A DNA stretch of 64,000 nt from Camelus dromedarius (lineage: Eukaryota), in contig NC_087438.1 of NCBI RefSeq assembly GCF_036321535.1, positions 5,148,001 through 5,212,000 of the forward strand, read 5' to 3'. Shown here piece by piece: positions 23,163 to 37,394 of this stretch. Below the pieces are notes generated by a model that was not told where the DNA came from, did not search any database, and saw only the letters and a list, made by a program, of their open reading frames with translations. The first letter of the stretch is position 1, and each line of letters opens with the position of its first letter. The translations under genes were made by a program, and so were the position numbers.

Positions 23163-25679
23163 ATTGTATTGCACATTTAGCAGTGTATTTGTGTGCTGTC
23201 TTCCCTGCACATCCATAAAGTCCTACGGTCTTGATTATTGTACAGGCCTTGTACATTTTTTGTTGATTTCTAGGTATTTTATATCCTCATGAACTCTCTG
23301 AATGGGTTTTTAATTTTTAACTAAAACTTACAACTTTTTCTGACATATAGGAAAAACTATCCATCTTAATATTAGTGGCTGCTAACAGGCCAACTAACTG
23401 AACATCCTTCATAATCCTATTTTTTGTTCTATTTCTGTTCTATCTATATAATGATAATTTATAATTAAGTTATAATTTATAATAATTTCAATATCCACAT
23501 CTTTTTTTTTTAATTCAGTGAAGTTAAACTCCTGGAAACGCATTAAGGAAAAGTGGGGAAAACGGACATTCTTGTGTCATCTGATTGTAGAGGAGTGGCT
23601 TGTCTTACCTGCAGCGTGAACCTTGCAGTATTCCATTTGCTGTAATAATTCACTATATGGTGGGCTTGATGCTGGGCAGAAGATCTGTTCTCTTTTCCAT
23701 TTCTTTTAAATAGTTTGTAGAAGTAATAATGCCTTTGAATCGTCCCCATTCAGAACACACACATGGAGGGAGGGAGAGGAGGGGGCTTTACAAGCTGATG
23801 ACATTGATGGAAACATGTTTCAAGAGGCAAAGCCTGTTAGTTTAAAGCCTAAGAACCTCAAGGCTTTACATTTTTACAAAATGGTCCTCTTTTCTTATTT
23901 TCTCAGGGTTTTTATGAACTATTTTCCCTACTCATCCTAGGAATCCATTAATAGGTCATTAGTTCTTCTTTTTTGTGTTGTCCAGGACTGCCCTTATAGA
24001 CCAACATCAGATTTTTAGTTCAGCTGAGAAAAATCTTGAGGCGTCTTCCTGCACGGCGCTCCCTTGTCTTATTTTATCTTTCGAAATTCTGGGTCTCGGG
24101 TTTAACCAGCATGTTTTGCTGTCCTGCGGACTGTTTTCAGTGCATCCTCTTGGTCTTGTTCGCTTTCCTGACATTTTGGAAGGCAGATTTAATCTCTGAT
24201 CTCATCATATTCAGAATCTATTCATAAAATTTGTGATCTGTGATATTTACTTTTTAAAGAGTAAAGTTAAAAGGAATTAGCAAATCATACCACTTGAACA
24301 GGAACTGGTATAAAGTCGCTAAATATTTATGAATGCCCTTCTGTAAATATCCTCTGCATGGGACTGACAGAAATCCTTCCTTCTCACAGTTCCCCAGGGT
24401 CCAGGGACGGAGACTTCATAGAAGGTAAATCAAAAATAAAATAAGCAGGTGAGACACAGGGATGAGGGTGCCCGTGGAAGAGTGCCCTGATCATCCCTGA
24501 GTCCAGAGGACAGGCTGCCTGTGTGCCTGCTAGGCTCAGGACTTCCCCGTGTACATCTGCTCCAAAGTCACAACACGTTTTTTGAAATCTCCTGTTTGAT
24601 TCTTAAAATCAAAATATGCACTGCCTGACTTGCAGTTTTCTTGATGATATATTCATAGCTGTCTTAATATATAGAGGATTTTAAAAGCCATCCATATAAA
24701 ATAGAATGACTCTTATATAACTTTATGTAACCCAGACAAAAATAGGATCTTGCAGAGTTGATAAGAAGACCAGCGCTCCTTGTGTCTAGTGAAGACGCCT
24801 CTCAGGTCAGCGTGAGAGCAGAGCACAAAGATGCTGCAGGTGAGAGGCCGGAGATCTACGGCTTCTTAGGGAACCTGGTGCTGTCTTGGGGAGCACCTGC
24901 TTTGTATCTTAAAATTCATGCCACACGGTCCCCTCTATGGTCTAAGGTTTGGGGGAGTGAAGACCTTTGTGTTTTCGACTTTGTGTGTCCACAGCGCCTT
25001 CTCCATTGTTCATGGTCAGTAAAGGTCAGTTGGTTGAGTGAATAATCCGCTAGACTGGGCGTCACCATTGATTTAAGCAAAGACCCCTCTTGCTGTGATC
25101 ATAAGCCCCATCCCAAGCACAGCCCGTGGAGAAAGGGGTTGTTTTTTTTGTTTTGTTTTGTTTTTTTGAATTGCACAGTCAGGCATATTCTGATTACATG
25201 TGATGCTTATGGCCATATTCTTAACTGATTTTAAAATGGACATGCACTAGATCAATTTTAAAGGATTAATTCTATAGAAGACATTCTTTGAAAGCATACT
25301 GAAGATGTTCTTTCTCCAGCTGAACATGGTACTTTTCATTACTCAGCACCTTTTTCCAAAACCTGTTTAATAAGTTTATCTGTTGACCTGGTGCCATTTC
25401 TGAGCCGAGAACCATCCTAGCAAGGCGGCATAAGGACACACTTAGAGGTCACGTTCAGGAGACAACAAATTCAAGATTCACTTCTCATTGCAGCAGGGGA
25501 GGAATCACAATGTGAGTAATGTACCTATAGAGGAAGTCAAGGGATCCATTGTCATTGAAGTGGAAAGCAGCCCGCAGGGTTCCCAGCACGCCTGGCACAA
25601 TTTTAACACCTCCACAGACGTGAACCCGTGTACCTCTCACAGCAGACCTGGGAGGCACAAAGGGTGACTGATGTGCCCC

Positions 25680-25885
25680 AGGGCACGCAGCTGGCAGGTG
25701 GCGGGGCTGGGAGGCCGCCCGTGTGGGGTGTTGGGAGTCTGCGGTCTTCCCGGTGGCACCGGGGGGCCGCTCCCGGAGCGCGGTCACTGTGTCTCGGCAG
25801 TGGTGCGCTGCTTTCCTGCGCCTGAAATGCCCAGCGTGTCCTGCCGCCCGCCGAGGGCCTGGGCTCTGAGGGCGGCCCCGTTGTA
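25680..25885. promoter_or_regulatory. Small CpG/GC-rich patch (CpG-island-like)
   Basis: Dense CG dinucleotides and GC-box-like gccgcccgcc / gggcgg within otherwise CpG-poor surroundings. Confidence 0.4.
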
Positions 25886-26248
25886 AGTCACTGAATTGGA
25901 TTCCACGCACCACTACCACCCAGCAAGCTTCAAATAAACCGTAGTGGAGATCACCCCAAAGAAAATGGAGGGTTTCATCTTTTTCTTGAAGATTCATAAA
26001 AACAAAGCCTAAAGGTATGCAGGACTAGACATTCCATTAGCATTCACCGATACGGCAAAAGCTGGTGGCTTCAAGGAAGTGCGTCGTTGAATAAAGGTCT
26101 GTTTTATACAAGGTGACTTTTCTACCGGGAACGTTTACATGTGAAAGTCACCACTTTATTGATCTTCTCCTGGTTACCAAAGAGAAATGCTGAAGCCAGT
26201 GGAAATGAACTTGCTCATAATAAGGCCAAACCCTGAGGCACGGGAAGA

Positions 26249-26293
26249 GTGCGCACATGCACACGCACACACACACACACACACACGCACACG
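26249..26293. repeat. Compound (CA)n/(CG) alternating purine-pyrimidine tract
   Basis: gtgcgcacatgcacacgcacacacacacacacacacacgcacacg. Confidence 0.9.
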
Positions 26294-29200
26294 GCTGTAT
26301 CAACCCGCACGCCAGCGAGTGAGCGGACTACGTAGCTCACTTGCTGGACTGAGAGGAAGAGTTAAGCCTTTCCTCTTGCCAGGTCCCTTTATGGCTGTTC
26401 TGTTGACGTTCGTGAGGAAATTGTGAACTCGCTTGCTGTTATTGAAGAGCCTTTCAGAGCAGACATAAATGGAACGCTGGGCAACTCATTAAGACATTTA
26501 TCAGAAGTGCTGCATGGTTATTCACGGTGCTGCTCCGGCACCGACAGTAAGATGAAAGGATACTGTTCTTATGAGCCACAGAACACCCCCAGATCTGTTT
26601 CCTTCTTACTCTCTGATTTTGCAGAAATTCACCCAACTTAGCAAACAGATCTGCAGCACCCCGAAGCCTCCGTGTGTCCTGGGAAGGTGCTGGAAGGACG
26701 GGCCAGTTTCCCTAGTCAGGGGCTAAATGTGTCACACTGTGGACTCCAGACTCCTCAGAGGCAAAATGAGGGAACTGGTCACTGCATGACCTTGTCTAAT
26801 ATTCCAGAACTTTGCCAGTGAAGTTGCAACGAACTACTGTTTGGAAGTTTCCAAGCATTATGATATTTTTGGTCTTAGAAATATTATTTAAGTTGCTAAG
26901 TCTCCAAGAACTTTTCATTATAGTTTATTATTTCGAGAACATGTTGATCAGTCTTAGTAATTTTTTGGTAACATTTATCTTTAAATAATTTTAAATAGAT
27001 TACATGCACAGCTCTCTCACTTAGCCGATATTTAAATTTGGGAGATTCTTTTCAGTCTGAACCCACCTGTTGCCACAGCGCTTTCCTAGGGCTAATCGTG
27101 GTGTACAGATCATTTTTCTCTACTCTTTGGATGATAATTAGATAAATTTGTGCGTCTGTGTAAAAGGTTTACACTGGTCATTTTTATTGCTGAAGCATTC
27201 GATTTTCAAGTTCCGCTACTGTACTGTGCATCTCTGGACTCGAGGGTAGTTAGTTGTTGCTGTTCATGTCCCTCCGAATTATCACCGTGGTATAAACAGG
27301 ATTGTTTCACAAAACTCTCCCCTGGTTTCTGTTGTTTCAAGCACAGCAAATTTGTCTGCCTCCGATTTTGGCATTTACTTAATTTTTTTTTCCTTAAGTG
27401 ATAGGTAACTGGTACCTTTGACATTTGTGTCCTTTTTTACTTCAATAAAATTAAGTAATTACTACTTAATTACTAATGAAATCAACATTTTTTTTCCCAA
27501 GGGCTGTTTTTAATTTGTAGCCCATATTGTGTGAACCTGGAACGTCCTGCCCTGTAGGGACATGGTTTTGTTAACGAGTCCACTGCTTTATGCAGTTTAG
27601 ATATTTGGTCATGTTTGTCCCTGGTGTTTCCTAATTTTCCCTTGATCTTGGTCTTGGTTGGGTTTCATTTTACTTAAGTATCTAATATTTATATAAATGT
27701 TTCACTTCTGTATTTAGTCAATACACATTTTCTTCTTTGGTGAGTATCTATCAGTATAATTCACTGTATCAGACCAGAAAAAAAAAAAATGGAAACAAGA
27801 AAAATCTGATCTGGCCCGTCTCTCAAAAGAACTCGGACTGTAAAATCTCTAGTAAAGAAATCTACCTTCTCTTTTTTTCCTCACATTTTCTATTATAATT
27901 GATTCTGTTCCTTTAAGAGAACAGCATTCTGGATTTTGTTTTTCATATTTTGTGATCTGATTTTTTAAAAAATATTTCACTTTTTGGCCATTTGGCACTT
28001 AATGTAGTATGTGCTGAGAGCTCAGACTCGAAGTTCCCTTCTATTATTAACAGACGTTCTCCCGGCACCATTGATTCCATAACCAGTCCATCCCCGAGTT
28101 ATCACGGCAATCTTACTTTATAGTATCATAACTGTTCCTCTTCCTCAGACTCTGAACTTTGACTCTTCAGCCTCTCAGTTTAATCACAGGCATACTCTTC
28201 TTGAAGTCGATAGTAAGATAATTTAAAAGAAATTTACATGTCTGTAAGTGGTGTTATCCTCGGGCTGGTACAATAATTAGCTTGTTGAGGGCCCTTTCTC
28301 CTTTTAAGTCATTTTTCTTAGGTTTATGGAAATTACATCATCCACGTGCTTGGTCTCACTTCCAGAGGTGTTCTGTGGTTTTATGGTGGAATTTCTCACT
28401 GGAGATGTGAACAGATTCCAAGATCGGTGGTGTTGGTGCCTGACTGTGGGTTTTGCTCCTACCAAGGGCCAAAACTTCTCACCAGAAAAGCCTGTGTTCG
28501 ATGCTACTCCCGGAGCTAAAACGTTTTCCTTCTTGGAGATGAAATAGGGGACTTCAGAGTTTTCTGATTAAAGCAGAGGATATTCCCCAGCTGTCTTCAC
28601 AGCACAGTTCATGATCTAGGTGAACTTTTACTTAATTCTTTTCAACTGACAACTGTTCTAGAGAATGTCTTATTTTCCCTAACTGCACAGCTTCCTTCTG
28701 TGTGTGTGAAGAATATATTTTTCTTGTTTTTTTCAGCCATGATTTAATGGATTGGATGCGAGACTAAGTTATCATCTGTAGACTTTCAGGTTAATCTGGG
28801 GCAGTACCGCCTGCAGTGTCTACTCATTGGCTGATTGCCAGATAGACTCATGGCTATGATAGTACGTTGACTGTAATGTGCCACTAAAACATAAGCTATT
28901 TTGCATGAAGAAGCTGGGTCTCCTTAAGAGCTGTAGACCAGAGTGCATCACCCAGGGGCCATCTGCTCTGGTGGAGGGCGGACTTGGGAACAGGCAATCC
29001 CGGTTCAGTGTGGTGAGTTTCAGGTAGCACCAGAGAGAGCTCCTCGAGGCCTCGGGCAGGTGGGGACGGCTCCAGAGAAGAGGGCACCACAGAGCTGAGT
29101 CTGGAAGGCCGAGGCTACCACACACACAAGCACTGGTGTCTAAGAGCGCAGACATGTTCTTTGAACCTACAGCTGCGGCACGTGGTTTGACCTGGCGAGA

Positions 29201-31346
29201 TCTTTTACAGATGATGCTCGGAAAGGTCTTGGACCACATCATTGAAAACATATGTAGTCCAAGACAAAAAATTTGACCCTCATTAGATAGGCATTAAAGA
29301 CACAATTAATTCTAAACAATGGAAGGACATGACCCTAGAGTCCTGGAAAACATACACAAGCATCCACCAGCTAAGCACTCCACAGCTCCGCCCAGGCGTG
29401 CGGAGGGGCTTCTTCAGCTGCCAGGTGACTCTGCTCAGCTGACTCCCCAGTATTTCTCCTTCCCTTCATCACCAGTTGCTTGGAATAGACAATATTTGAA
29501 GCTGGGTTCTCATATCCCATTCATGTATGTAACTTCTTGCCTAATTGTTGTTGAACTGTTGTCTCTAAGGTGGCCTTGGATCCCCAGGTAACAAGCCCAT
29601 AGTTGAAATGGTGAACTGCTCAGGTTTAAGAAGAAAAAAAAAGGTTATCTGCCTTTGGAGAAACAAAGAAGATCGATGCTAATGACTGAAGTGAGGCTGT
29701 TGAGAATTAATCTCAGTTTAATTGACCCTTGCTGTTTTAGTCCTCTGTTCACGCAAATTCAGGAGGCTCATTCTGGTTTGAAGATGAAAATTTTTCAATA
29801 GGCAAAGATTAATAGAACCTTTAACAATCTTGGAAATGTAAGGAGGCTCGGATGTCTTCTAAACCAGCCTCATCTATTTTATGAAAGAGGAAACAGATTG
29901 ATTAGGTGACTTGCTTAAGGTCACACAGCCTTTTCATCCCTGTAGGATACAGCCATCAGGCTTCTGCTTCAATATTTCAAAATCAGAGTGACTTTGTGAC
30001 TCAGGGAGAATCTGTGAGCACAGTGTCTGGCAGCCGTATATTTTTTCAGGGACAAAATGAAAACACAGAGAAACTGTATATCGAAACTGGTTGTTTGCTT
30101 GACTTTCTGACCAAAACAATTGAAGCAGCATCCTGAGAAGCTGAAATAGTTTGGTGCTCTGTGATGTTGTGATGAAGTAGCTTACCATTGAACCTGTCCT
30201 TGCTGGAGCACCTGGTGTAGCCATTTAATTTAGGCTTTGGTTAAGACTAGGAAACAGCGTGGAGGTCCCCTCCTGATTCAGGGTCTCACAGGCAGGTGAA
30301 CCAGTGCTTTGTTAGGTTTGAAACGAGTAGAAGCAATGAAAAGGGGGCAAAGAGGGAGGAAGAGAAGAAAAAGACATGCAGAAGGAAACGATAATAGAGA
30401 ATTGGAAAATCGCTGTGCAAGCTGAGAAGCAGACAAGGCGGTTAAAAAAAAAAAGAAGCTTGTGATTAGGAGTAGAAAATAAAACCACGCAGGAATACGT
30501 AAATATTTTCAGCCCCCACACTATGGAATTTTACCCTTTCTCTTAGACTATGGCTTCATAATTCAGATATTGGGTTACTTCAACTTAGTGTCATGGGAAT
30601 AATACTGAGATGCTTTTGTATGTTAAAAAAAAATTGTGACATGAGCAGCAGACATCTGTCCTAGACTGTGGGAAGTGCTCTTTCCTTCCTGGGCCCTCAG
30701 CCTTCAGTCTTACAGGGCCCAGAAACTCTCCCTTTGTTCATGCGTTGATTGCTGACTCTACCAGAAATATTCTTAACTGATCTGTCACTAGAGATGTACT
30801 AAACTCGGAAGCAGTAACTTGCCTTTGGAACATACGTACGATGTGAATCATTTGCTTTTCTGGAATCTAAAGCTTAGGTTCCATCCATGGAAAATAATGT
30901 TGTTCAGCATTTTCTTCACTACTGTCAAAAAGAGGAGTCTTTTCTGTTGTTGGCTTTTTAACCAAAAGAGAACAAACCCCCATTTTTAAAATTCACTTCT
31001 AAATTTTCTTGGAAACCCCTGTGCTGTGGGAGCTGTGTGAAGTGGCCATCTGACTTATGGACCATTGGTTTTCAGGTCACTCAAGAACTGATGATACGAA
31101 GTAAATTTTTCATAATTAGTAAAGGTGAACATTATAACCTTTTAAGGTCCGTGTCACTGCCACTCTTTCTCTTTAAAAGTCTATCTGCAGCAGTCATCCT
31201 GGAACTTCTCCTGGGGACTGGGGCCCATGTGCATGATGTGCATGGCATCAGTGCCAGGAACAGAGAAACCGGGACGAAGGGTGAGCCTTGGAGAAGGTTT
31301 GGAGGGGCTTCTGCTTTCAGAGAAAAATTTTGGATGGCTTGCTCTC

Positions 31347-31877
31347 TTTTTTTTAATTGAAGTACTTACAGTTGATTTACAATGTTGTCACAGTCTCTGG
31401 TGTACAGCACAGTGATTGAGCTACATACATATGTATATTCTTTTTCATATTATTTTTCATTATAGGTTACTACAAGATATTGAATATAGTTCCCTGTGCT
31501 ATACAGAAGAAATTTGCTTTTTATCTATTTTATATATATTAGTGTGTATCTGCAAATCCCAAACTCCTAATTTATTCCTCCTCCAATCTTTCCCCTTTGG
31601 TTACCATACATTTGTTTTCTGTCTGTGAGTCTGTCTCTGTTTTGTATATGAGTTCATTTGTGTCATTTTTTTTTTCAGATTCGACATGTGAGTGATATCG
31701 TATGGTATTTTTCTTTCTCTTTCTGGCTTACTTCACTTAGAATGACAATCTCCAGGGCCATCCTTGTGCTGCAAATGGCATTATTTTATTGTTTTTAATG
31801 ACTGGGTAGTATTCCATCGTATAAATATACCACAACTTCTTTAGCCAGTTATTTGTCAATGGACATTTAGGTTGTTT
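31347..31877 (-). mobile_element. Young 5'-truncated L1 3' end
   Basis: Poly-T, antisense 3'UTR, then ttcacttagaatgacaatctcc...gctgcaaatggcattatttt (antisense ORF2 end). Confidence 0.92.
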
Positions 31878-32409
31878 GATTTGGAGCATTTTTGACAATT
31901 AAAAAGTATACAAGTGTATTAGCAGTTATAAAAATAACATCAACCTGAAATCATAAATGTAATTCTGATACGAGATATTAATAGTAGTGTAAGCTTCAAA
32001 TTAAAAAGTCACTGTATGATTCAGTTACAAAATCTCCATTTCATTCCGCCTTGTATCATCTTCTTTCTTTCCCGAGACTTTCTATTACTGCCTTTATTTC
32101 TAAAGTATTTGCCCTTGTTTCTTGGAGACTGGTTATAATAGCTGTTTCAAAGTCTTTGATAATTTTAACATCTATGACATAGAATTAGTGTCTGCTGATT
32201 TTCCTTTTGCTTGTGGGTTGAGATTTTCCTGGGCCTTAGGAATTTGGGATTGATTCTTGGACAATTTGAGTATTATGTTACGGGATTCTGGGTCTTATTT
32301 AAGGAGAATGTTGTTTGTTTTAATAAGCGATTGACCAAGTTAGTTATAGGTTGGAGGTTTTAAAATTTCATTTAGCTTGTTCTCCTATATTAAGGATTGT
32401 GTTAATTAG

Positions 32410-32681
32410 TGTTATTGGCTAAATTGTGTCCCCCTAAGTTCATATGTTGAAGTCCTAACCTGTGCCTTCAGATGTAACTGTATTTGGAGATAGGATCTTT
32501 AAAGAGCAATTTAAGGTTCAGTGAGGTCATTAGGGTGGGCCCTAATTCAGCTTGACTGGTGTCCCTGCAAGAAGAGGCTGCTGCTCAGACTTCCAGCCTC
32601 AGTAACGGGGAAAGCGAATTCCCGCCTCATTCATCGCCCTGTCTGTAGTCGTTACCATGGCGGCCCGAGCCGAGTAACATG
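32410..32681 (+). mobile_element. MLT1A/B-like solo LTR with internal deletion
   Basis: aattgtgtcccc...ttcatatgttgaagtcctaacc...tgtatttggagatagg...attagggtgggccctaat. Confidence 0.88.
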
Positions 32682-33169
32682 TTTAGGTTTCATATTATTT
32701 GGTTATTATTGAAGACATTTGAGGCTTGTTTTTTTTTTTTAATTCACCTTAATAAGCTAGTGACCTGACATTATAATAAAAAACATGCAAACTCGTGTTC
32801 ACATGAGGTACAAGAAATTACTGAGCGTGTTTCCCGGAGAGGGTGAGTGGGGGGGCGTCAGGAGGGCTGTTCTTAGAGAAGTGCCAGGCGGTCACCTCTT
32901 TTCCGTGTTGCAGAGGAAGCAGATGTGTGGTTCTAGAAAGGGAGACACGAGGGGAGAGACTGTCTTATGTGACTATGTGAGTTTCTTTGCACGAAGATTA
33001 TTCTAAGCAATAAGTTATAGAAAAACTGAGAAAACACTTGCTGCGTCTGTGGTACAGAGTTGATATCCTTAATGGATAAAGGAATGCTTGCAAATGAATT
33101 CAAAAAACAGTGACGGGACTGGAGAGGGGAGACACAGGCTGCTGCTGTGGAGCTGTTGTTTCTCCCTGT

Positions 33170-33207
33170 CACACACAGATGCACGCACACGCACACACAC
33201 ACACACA
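33170..33207. repeat. Imperfect (CA)n microsatellite
   Basis: Read directly. Confidence 0.85.
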
Positions 33208-33369
33208 AATAGCCACCAGCTGTGAATATCATATTCCCAATGTTTAAATTAAACCATTAACAAGCAGAGTTTTCAAATGTATGTAAAACCCAGGGTCGGT
33301 AAGAATCTGTGCAAATGGACCTGTGGCCTTTAAACTGGCTCCTGTATTTGTAGGGCAGCCTGTTCAAAC

Positions 33370-33850
33370 AGAGTGATGACCTTCACATGGACAATGCCCT
33401 TTGACCCACCAGTGACGCTTGTCATCCTGTATCCCAAGGACATGCCAATGAATGTGTGCAAAAATTTAGCCTCCAGGAATGTTTATCACAGTGTATTTTA
33501 TAATGGCAAAATGTGGGAAGAATCGGATATCTGACAGCAAGGGTTTAGTGAAATAACTTTGGTTACGTTTGCATATAATATAAAGACTTTGCAGGCTGAC
33601 AATAGGATGACAATATGACAGTAATTTTTACAATAATTTACATTATTATGTGAAAGAAACACAATTCTAAATTATGGGAATATTGCAGTTCTTTTTTTGA
33701 AAGAAAAGTAGCTATATATGAAAACAAACTATTGGAAGGATGTTCATCAAAATACTGAAGTGGGTCATTTTGAATTACAGATATTTGAATGATAGGTAAT
33801 TTTTAATATTTTCTTTTGGATTGTCTGTGTTCCATTTTTTTTAATAAACA
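33370..33850 (+). mobile_element. Highly diverged L1ME-type 3' end
   Basis: ccctttgacccacc, gaatgtttatcacagtgtattttataatggcaaaa, ggaaggatgttcatcaaaatact. Confidence 0.65.
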
Positions 33851-36800
33851 TATAATACGTATAATACTGTTTGAAAAAGACTCTGTATGGTTTACTTAAA
33901 TATAAAAATGATGTTCCAGAAACAGTCATGTTGTGACGGCTTTGATTTCATAAAGCGAAGGTAGAATTTCTGAAACGCCAAGTGCCTTTGCAGTCGTGTT
34001 TTATAGTTCATGTCTTGCTCTTGTTTTGTTGATTTCACTGGAGATTAGCTCTTATCTTAAATATTCCTAAACCTTAGGACTTCCAGAGTCAAAATAGTAA
34101 GTATTCTGACCCTATGCCACCTTTAATGAAGCCATTCATCTTATAGTTCCTCTTCGGAATGCAGCTGACTTCATTTCCAAATGTGGATCAGTTAAGAAAA
34201 TTAAATTTCAACTATTTGTTTACAATCAAGTATGTATCATGGACCATCTTTACCACGATGTTCTATTTTTAAACCAATGCTTCTTAAAAAATTCGAATGT
34301 ACTATAAATAATCAGATCTACTGGAAAACACAACTGGGATTTTTTTAAACGAATTACCTCTCATACGACGTTGTTGTTTTTCAAGAATTGAGAAACACTG
34401 ACCTGTTCCTGAAGGGGGTGGTGCATCTGTGTGTGTCTTTCTATTTTTGACAAGTGAGTCTGTTCTCTTTCTGTTTACTGAAGCACAAGGAGCTATTATG
34501 TGGAGTGGAATGTGCTGGAATGGACCCTCTGGGTTGGGGTTCTGGGTTTAGATCTCTCCACCAGAAGTCTGTGAGTGTGAGCGTCCTCGGCTTCCCTCCT
34601 CCAGCCCCCATGAAAGTGGAGCCAAAAATGCTTTTTCTCTGGCTCACTGTGCTGCTCACAGGCCTCCCAGGAGGCGGGTGGCAGTAACAGAGCTGTCACA
34701 GGGCTGCCGCAGATGGTTCTGTGCTAAATCTGCAGCCCAGGGTGAGCCTCCCTGGGGGAGGGACAGGGTGTCTGGAAACTGCTCATGTCACTCCAGAGAC
34801 ACTCCCTGTGGGTCGCTGGGCAGAGGCAGCTCATTAATTACAGATGGTAGAGGCTCCCCGCCCCACCACGCACCTGCATTTCCAGGTTTGCATTTGGAAA
34901 CAACAGGACTGTGCCATGCTGGAGGGTTCGGGTGAAACAGGGTTACAGAAAATAAGGAATCCTCTCGTAATAGCTTCCGTAAGAGCATGTAATATAATCC
35001 AAGAATTCCAAGGGTTCTTGGATAAATAAAAACCATAGCTACCATTCTCAAATGCTGGCTGTATGCAGACACTGTATGAAGCAATAGTGTTCAACATATA
35101 CTTTTGTTTTCAGTGCACAAAATGGCAGTGTCCCTACTTACAGAACATGGAACAGAGACTCAGATCACTCAAGTAGCTAGCGAATGGTCACAGGGCTTGT
35201 AGATGAAGACAGAAATTGAAGCATTTGATTCACATCCACATGCACACTTACAGACATCATTGTTAAGAGCTCTCTTAACTAGGGGATTTATTCTAAGCAC
35301 ATCCCCAAATATAAACCTATTTTGTTTGACAAGTAGAGCCAGCAAACCTATTTAAAATTGGCAGACTATTTGGGTGAAAGTTATTTGCAAGTGTCGTGTA
35401 CCTGAATAGATTTACCTTTACTGAAGATGTCACTTTTTAACATGGCACCTCTCAGTGTGTATCTTCATTAAGAGGTTCCAGTATCTCAGGATGCTTAATT
35501 CCTTTCTAATTAATCTGTATTGAAAATTATTCTTTTTTCCTTGAGTTCATGATAGAGATGCTGTTAATCTCTCTTGTTCACGGAGTGGCTCACATTCCAA
35601 GCATTAGTCTCTGCCAGCCAGAGAAATGGAATTGCTTATGTATTCCAGAGTGGCTAAGGAAAGCCAGTCTGAATAGGTCACATTTTAGGGCAGATGTGAG
35701 GGATTAGAATGATTGCATTAAAGTAAGGGAGCATTTCAATTTTAATTGAATATCAGATATATGACCAAAGAAAGGAAGGCTGTCTCGACAGCATGTATGT
35801 TAAGCTACTTCATGTTCTAGAAGACATTAAACTAGATTCGCTCTCTATTTGGAAGACTTCAAAACAATTTTACCTTCCATCAGATTGGCAGTTAACACAC
35901 TTACATGATTTTGACATGTATGTAGGTGACAGAGAGGGTCCCCCGCCCCCCCCCCCGAAGGAAAAGGTGTCTGTGGTTTGCATTCAAGGAACAAAGTAAG
36001 ATGCTGATGAAGTTGTGAATTTGGCCCAGCAGGGGTGGGGCCGGCAGCTGTGAAAAGTGTTGAGTCGCGGAGAACACCTGGAGAACCTTCTCAGAAGGCC
36101 ACCTTGTGGTCTGGTAAATACCCTGTAGGCGTGCCGTTTCCCCCCTGACTTACACTGTCTTGTGACTGCCAGTATTCAGATGATGTTAAAGTGATATTAA
36201 ATTAAAACCGAGCTTAGAAAAGTTAAGGGGCATAGTTCGCCTCTGGAGCAGGAGGTAAAGGGAAGCTTTGAGAATCTGTTCCCTGACTCCAATACCAGAG
36301 AAAAGAAAAGTGGGTAAATTACTTAAATGTTGATGGCTGCCAAGAGTAAGAGGAAGGTGAAACTCGGGTCCACGGAGGAAAAGGGCAGGAGAGAAGCGGC
36401 TGTTCTGGCCGGGGCAGAGGGGCCGGCAGACACACACCTGCGAGGGTCTCCCTTCGTTCTCAGAAAAGACGTCACACTTTCAGCTGAGCTCCCTCCGGCT
36501 GATCACTGTGCACTGATCAAAGATGTATGCAATGAGGATGCTTCTGCTGCGGACCGCTTCTACTTTGTTTCTCGGCCTTCATGTATCTGAGAGCCCTTGG
36601 AGAGTTCCCCGGAGAGGCGGCCTTCTGAAGCGTTGACCTGTGCGTTGAGATGGTGCCAGTGGTCAAGTTGAAGGAGACGTCTCGAAGGCACTCCTGGTAC
36701 TTTTTTATTTAGAAACTTACATAAATACAGCATTGAGGTGTCCCAACACCAACACTCAGCTCTTCTCTCCTTTCCTTGCACTGAAGGATCTTTTGCATGT

Positions 36801-37394
36801 TCCCGCTTGCTGGCTGGGTATTTTTAAAAGAGAAATTATTCTCTTTAGCAAGTTATTTTTGTTTGTTATTGTTTTGTCTTGTTGGGGTGTTCTGCAATAA
36901 ATTGTGTTGTTTGTTTATCTAATTTCTTTGAAGGAACTAAATGTTTTAGAGTTGTGGGGATGTTATTTTCAGAGCTTGCTTTTCCCTGACTGCACGGTGT
37001 GACCAGCCTCAAGGCCCAGTTAAAGGGCTTCACGTCCAAGTTTACACTTGAACAGCCAAGGTGCCAGCTCTCAGGGCTGACTGCCACCGCTTTCCCCATC
37101 CCTTATGCTCCTCTGTGCTCCCGGCAAGGTGGGGCTCTGTGGGAGCTTGCGGTGGAAGGTGGTACCAAGATCCTCTAAGTCCACAGACAATCTTTCCTAG
37201 TGGCTGGTAGGAGAGACAGGAATAAAGACAGACAGTTGCAACTAAGGACTGCTTGTAGAAGCCCAGATACATTTCCTGCCAACTGAGACCTTCATTGTCT
37301 GCTGCTACACTATCCCCCTGAAATGGGAAGTAAGCCTTAGGAAAGTTACTTAAACTCCGTGCCTCGGTCTTTCTGGTCTTTATAATGGGGTCAT

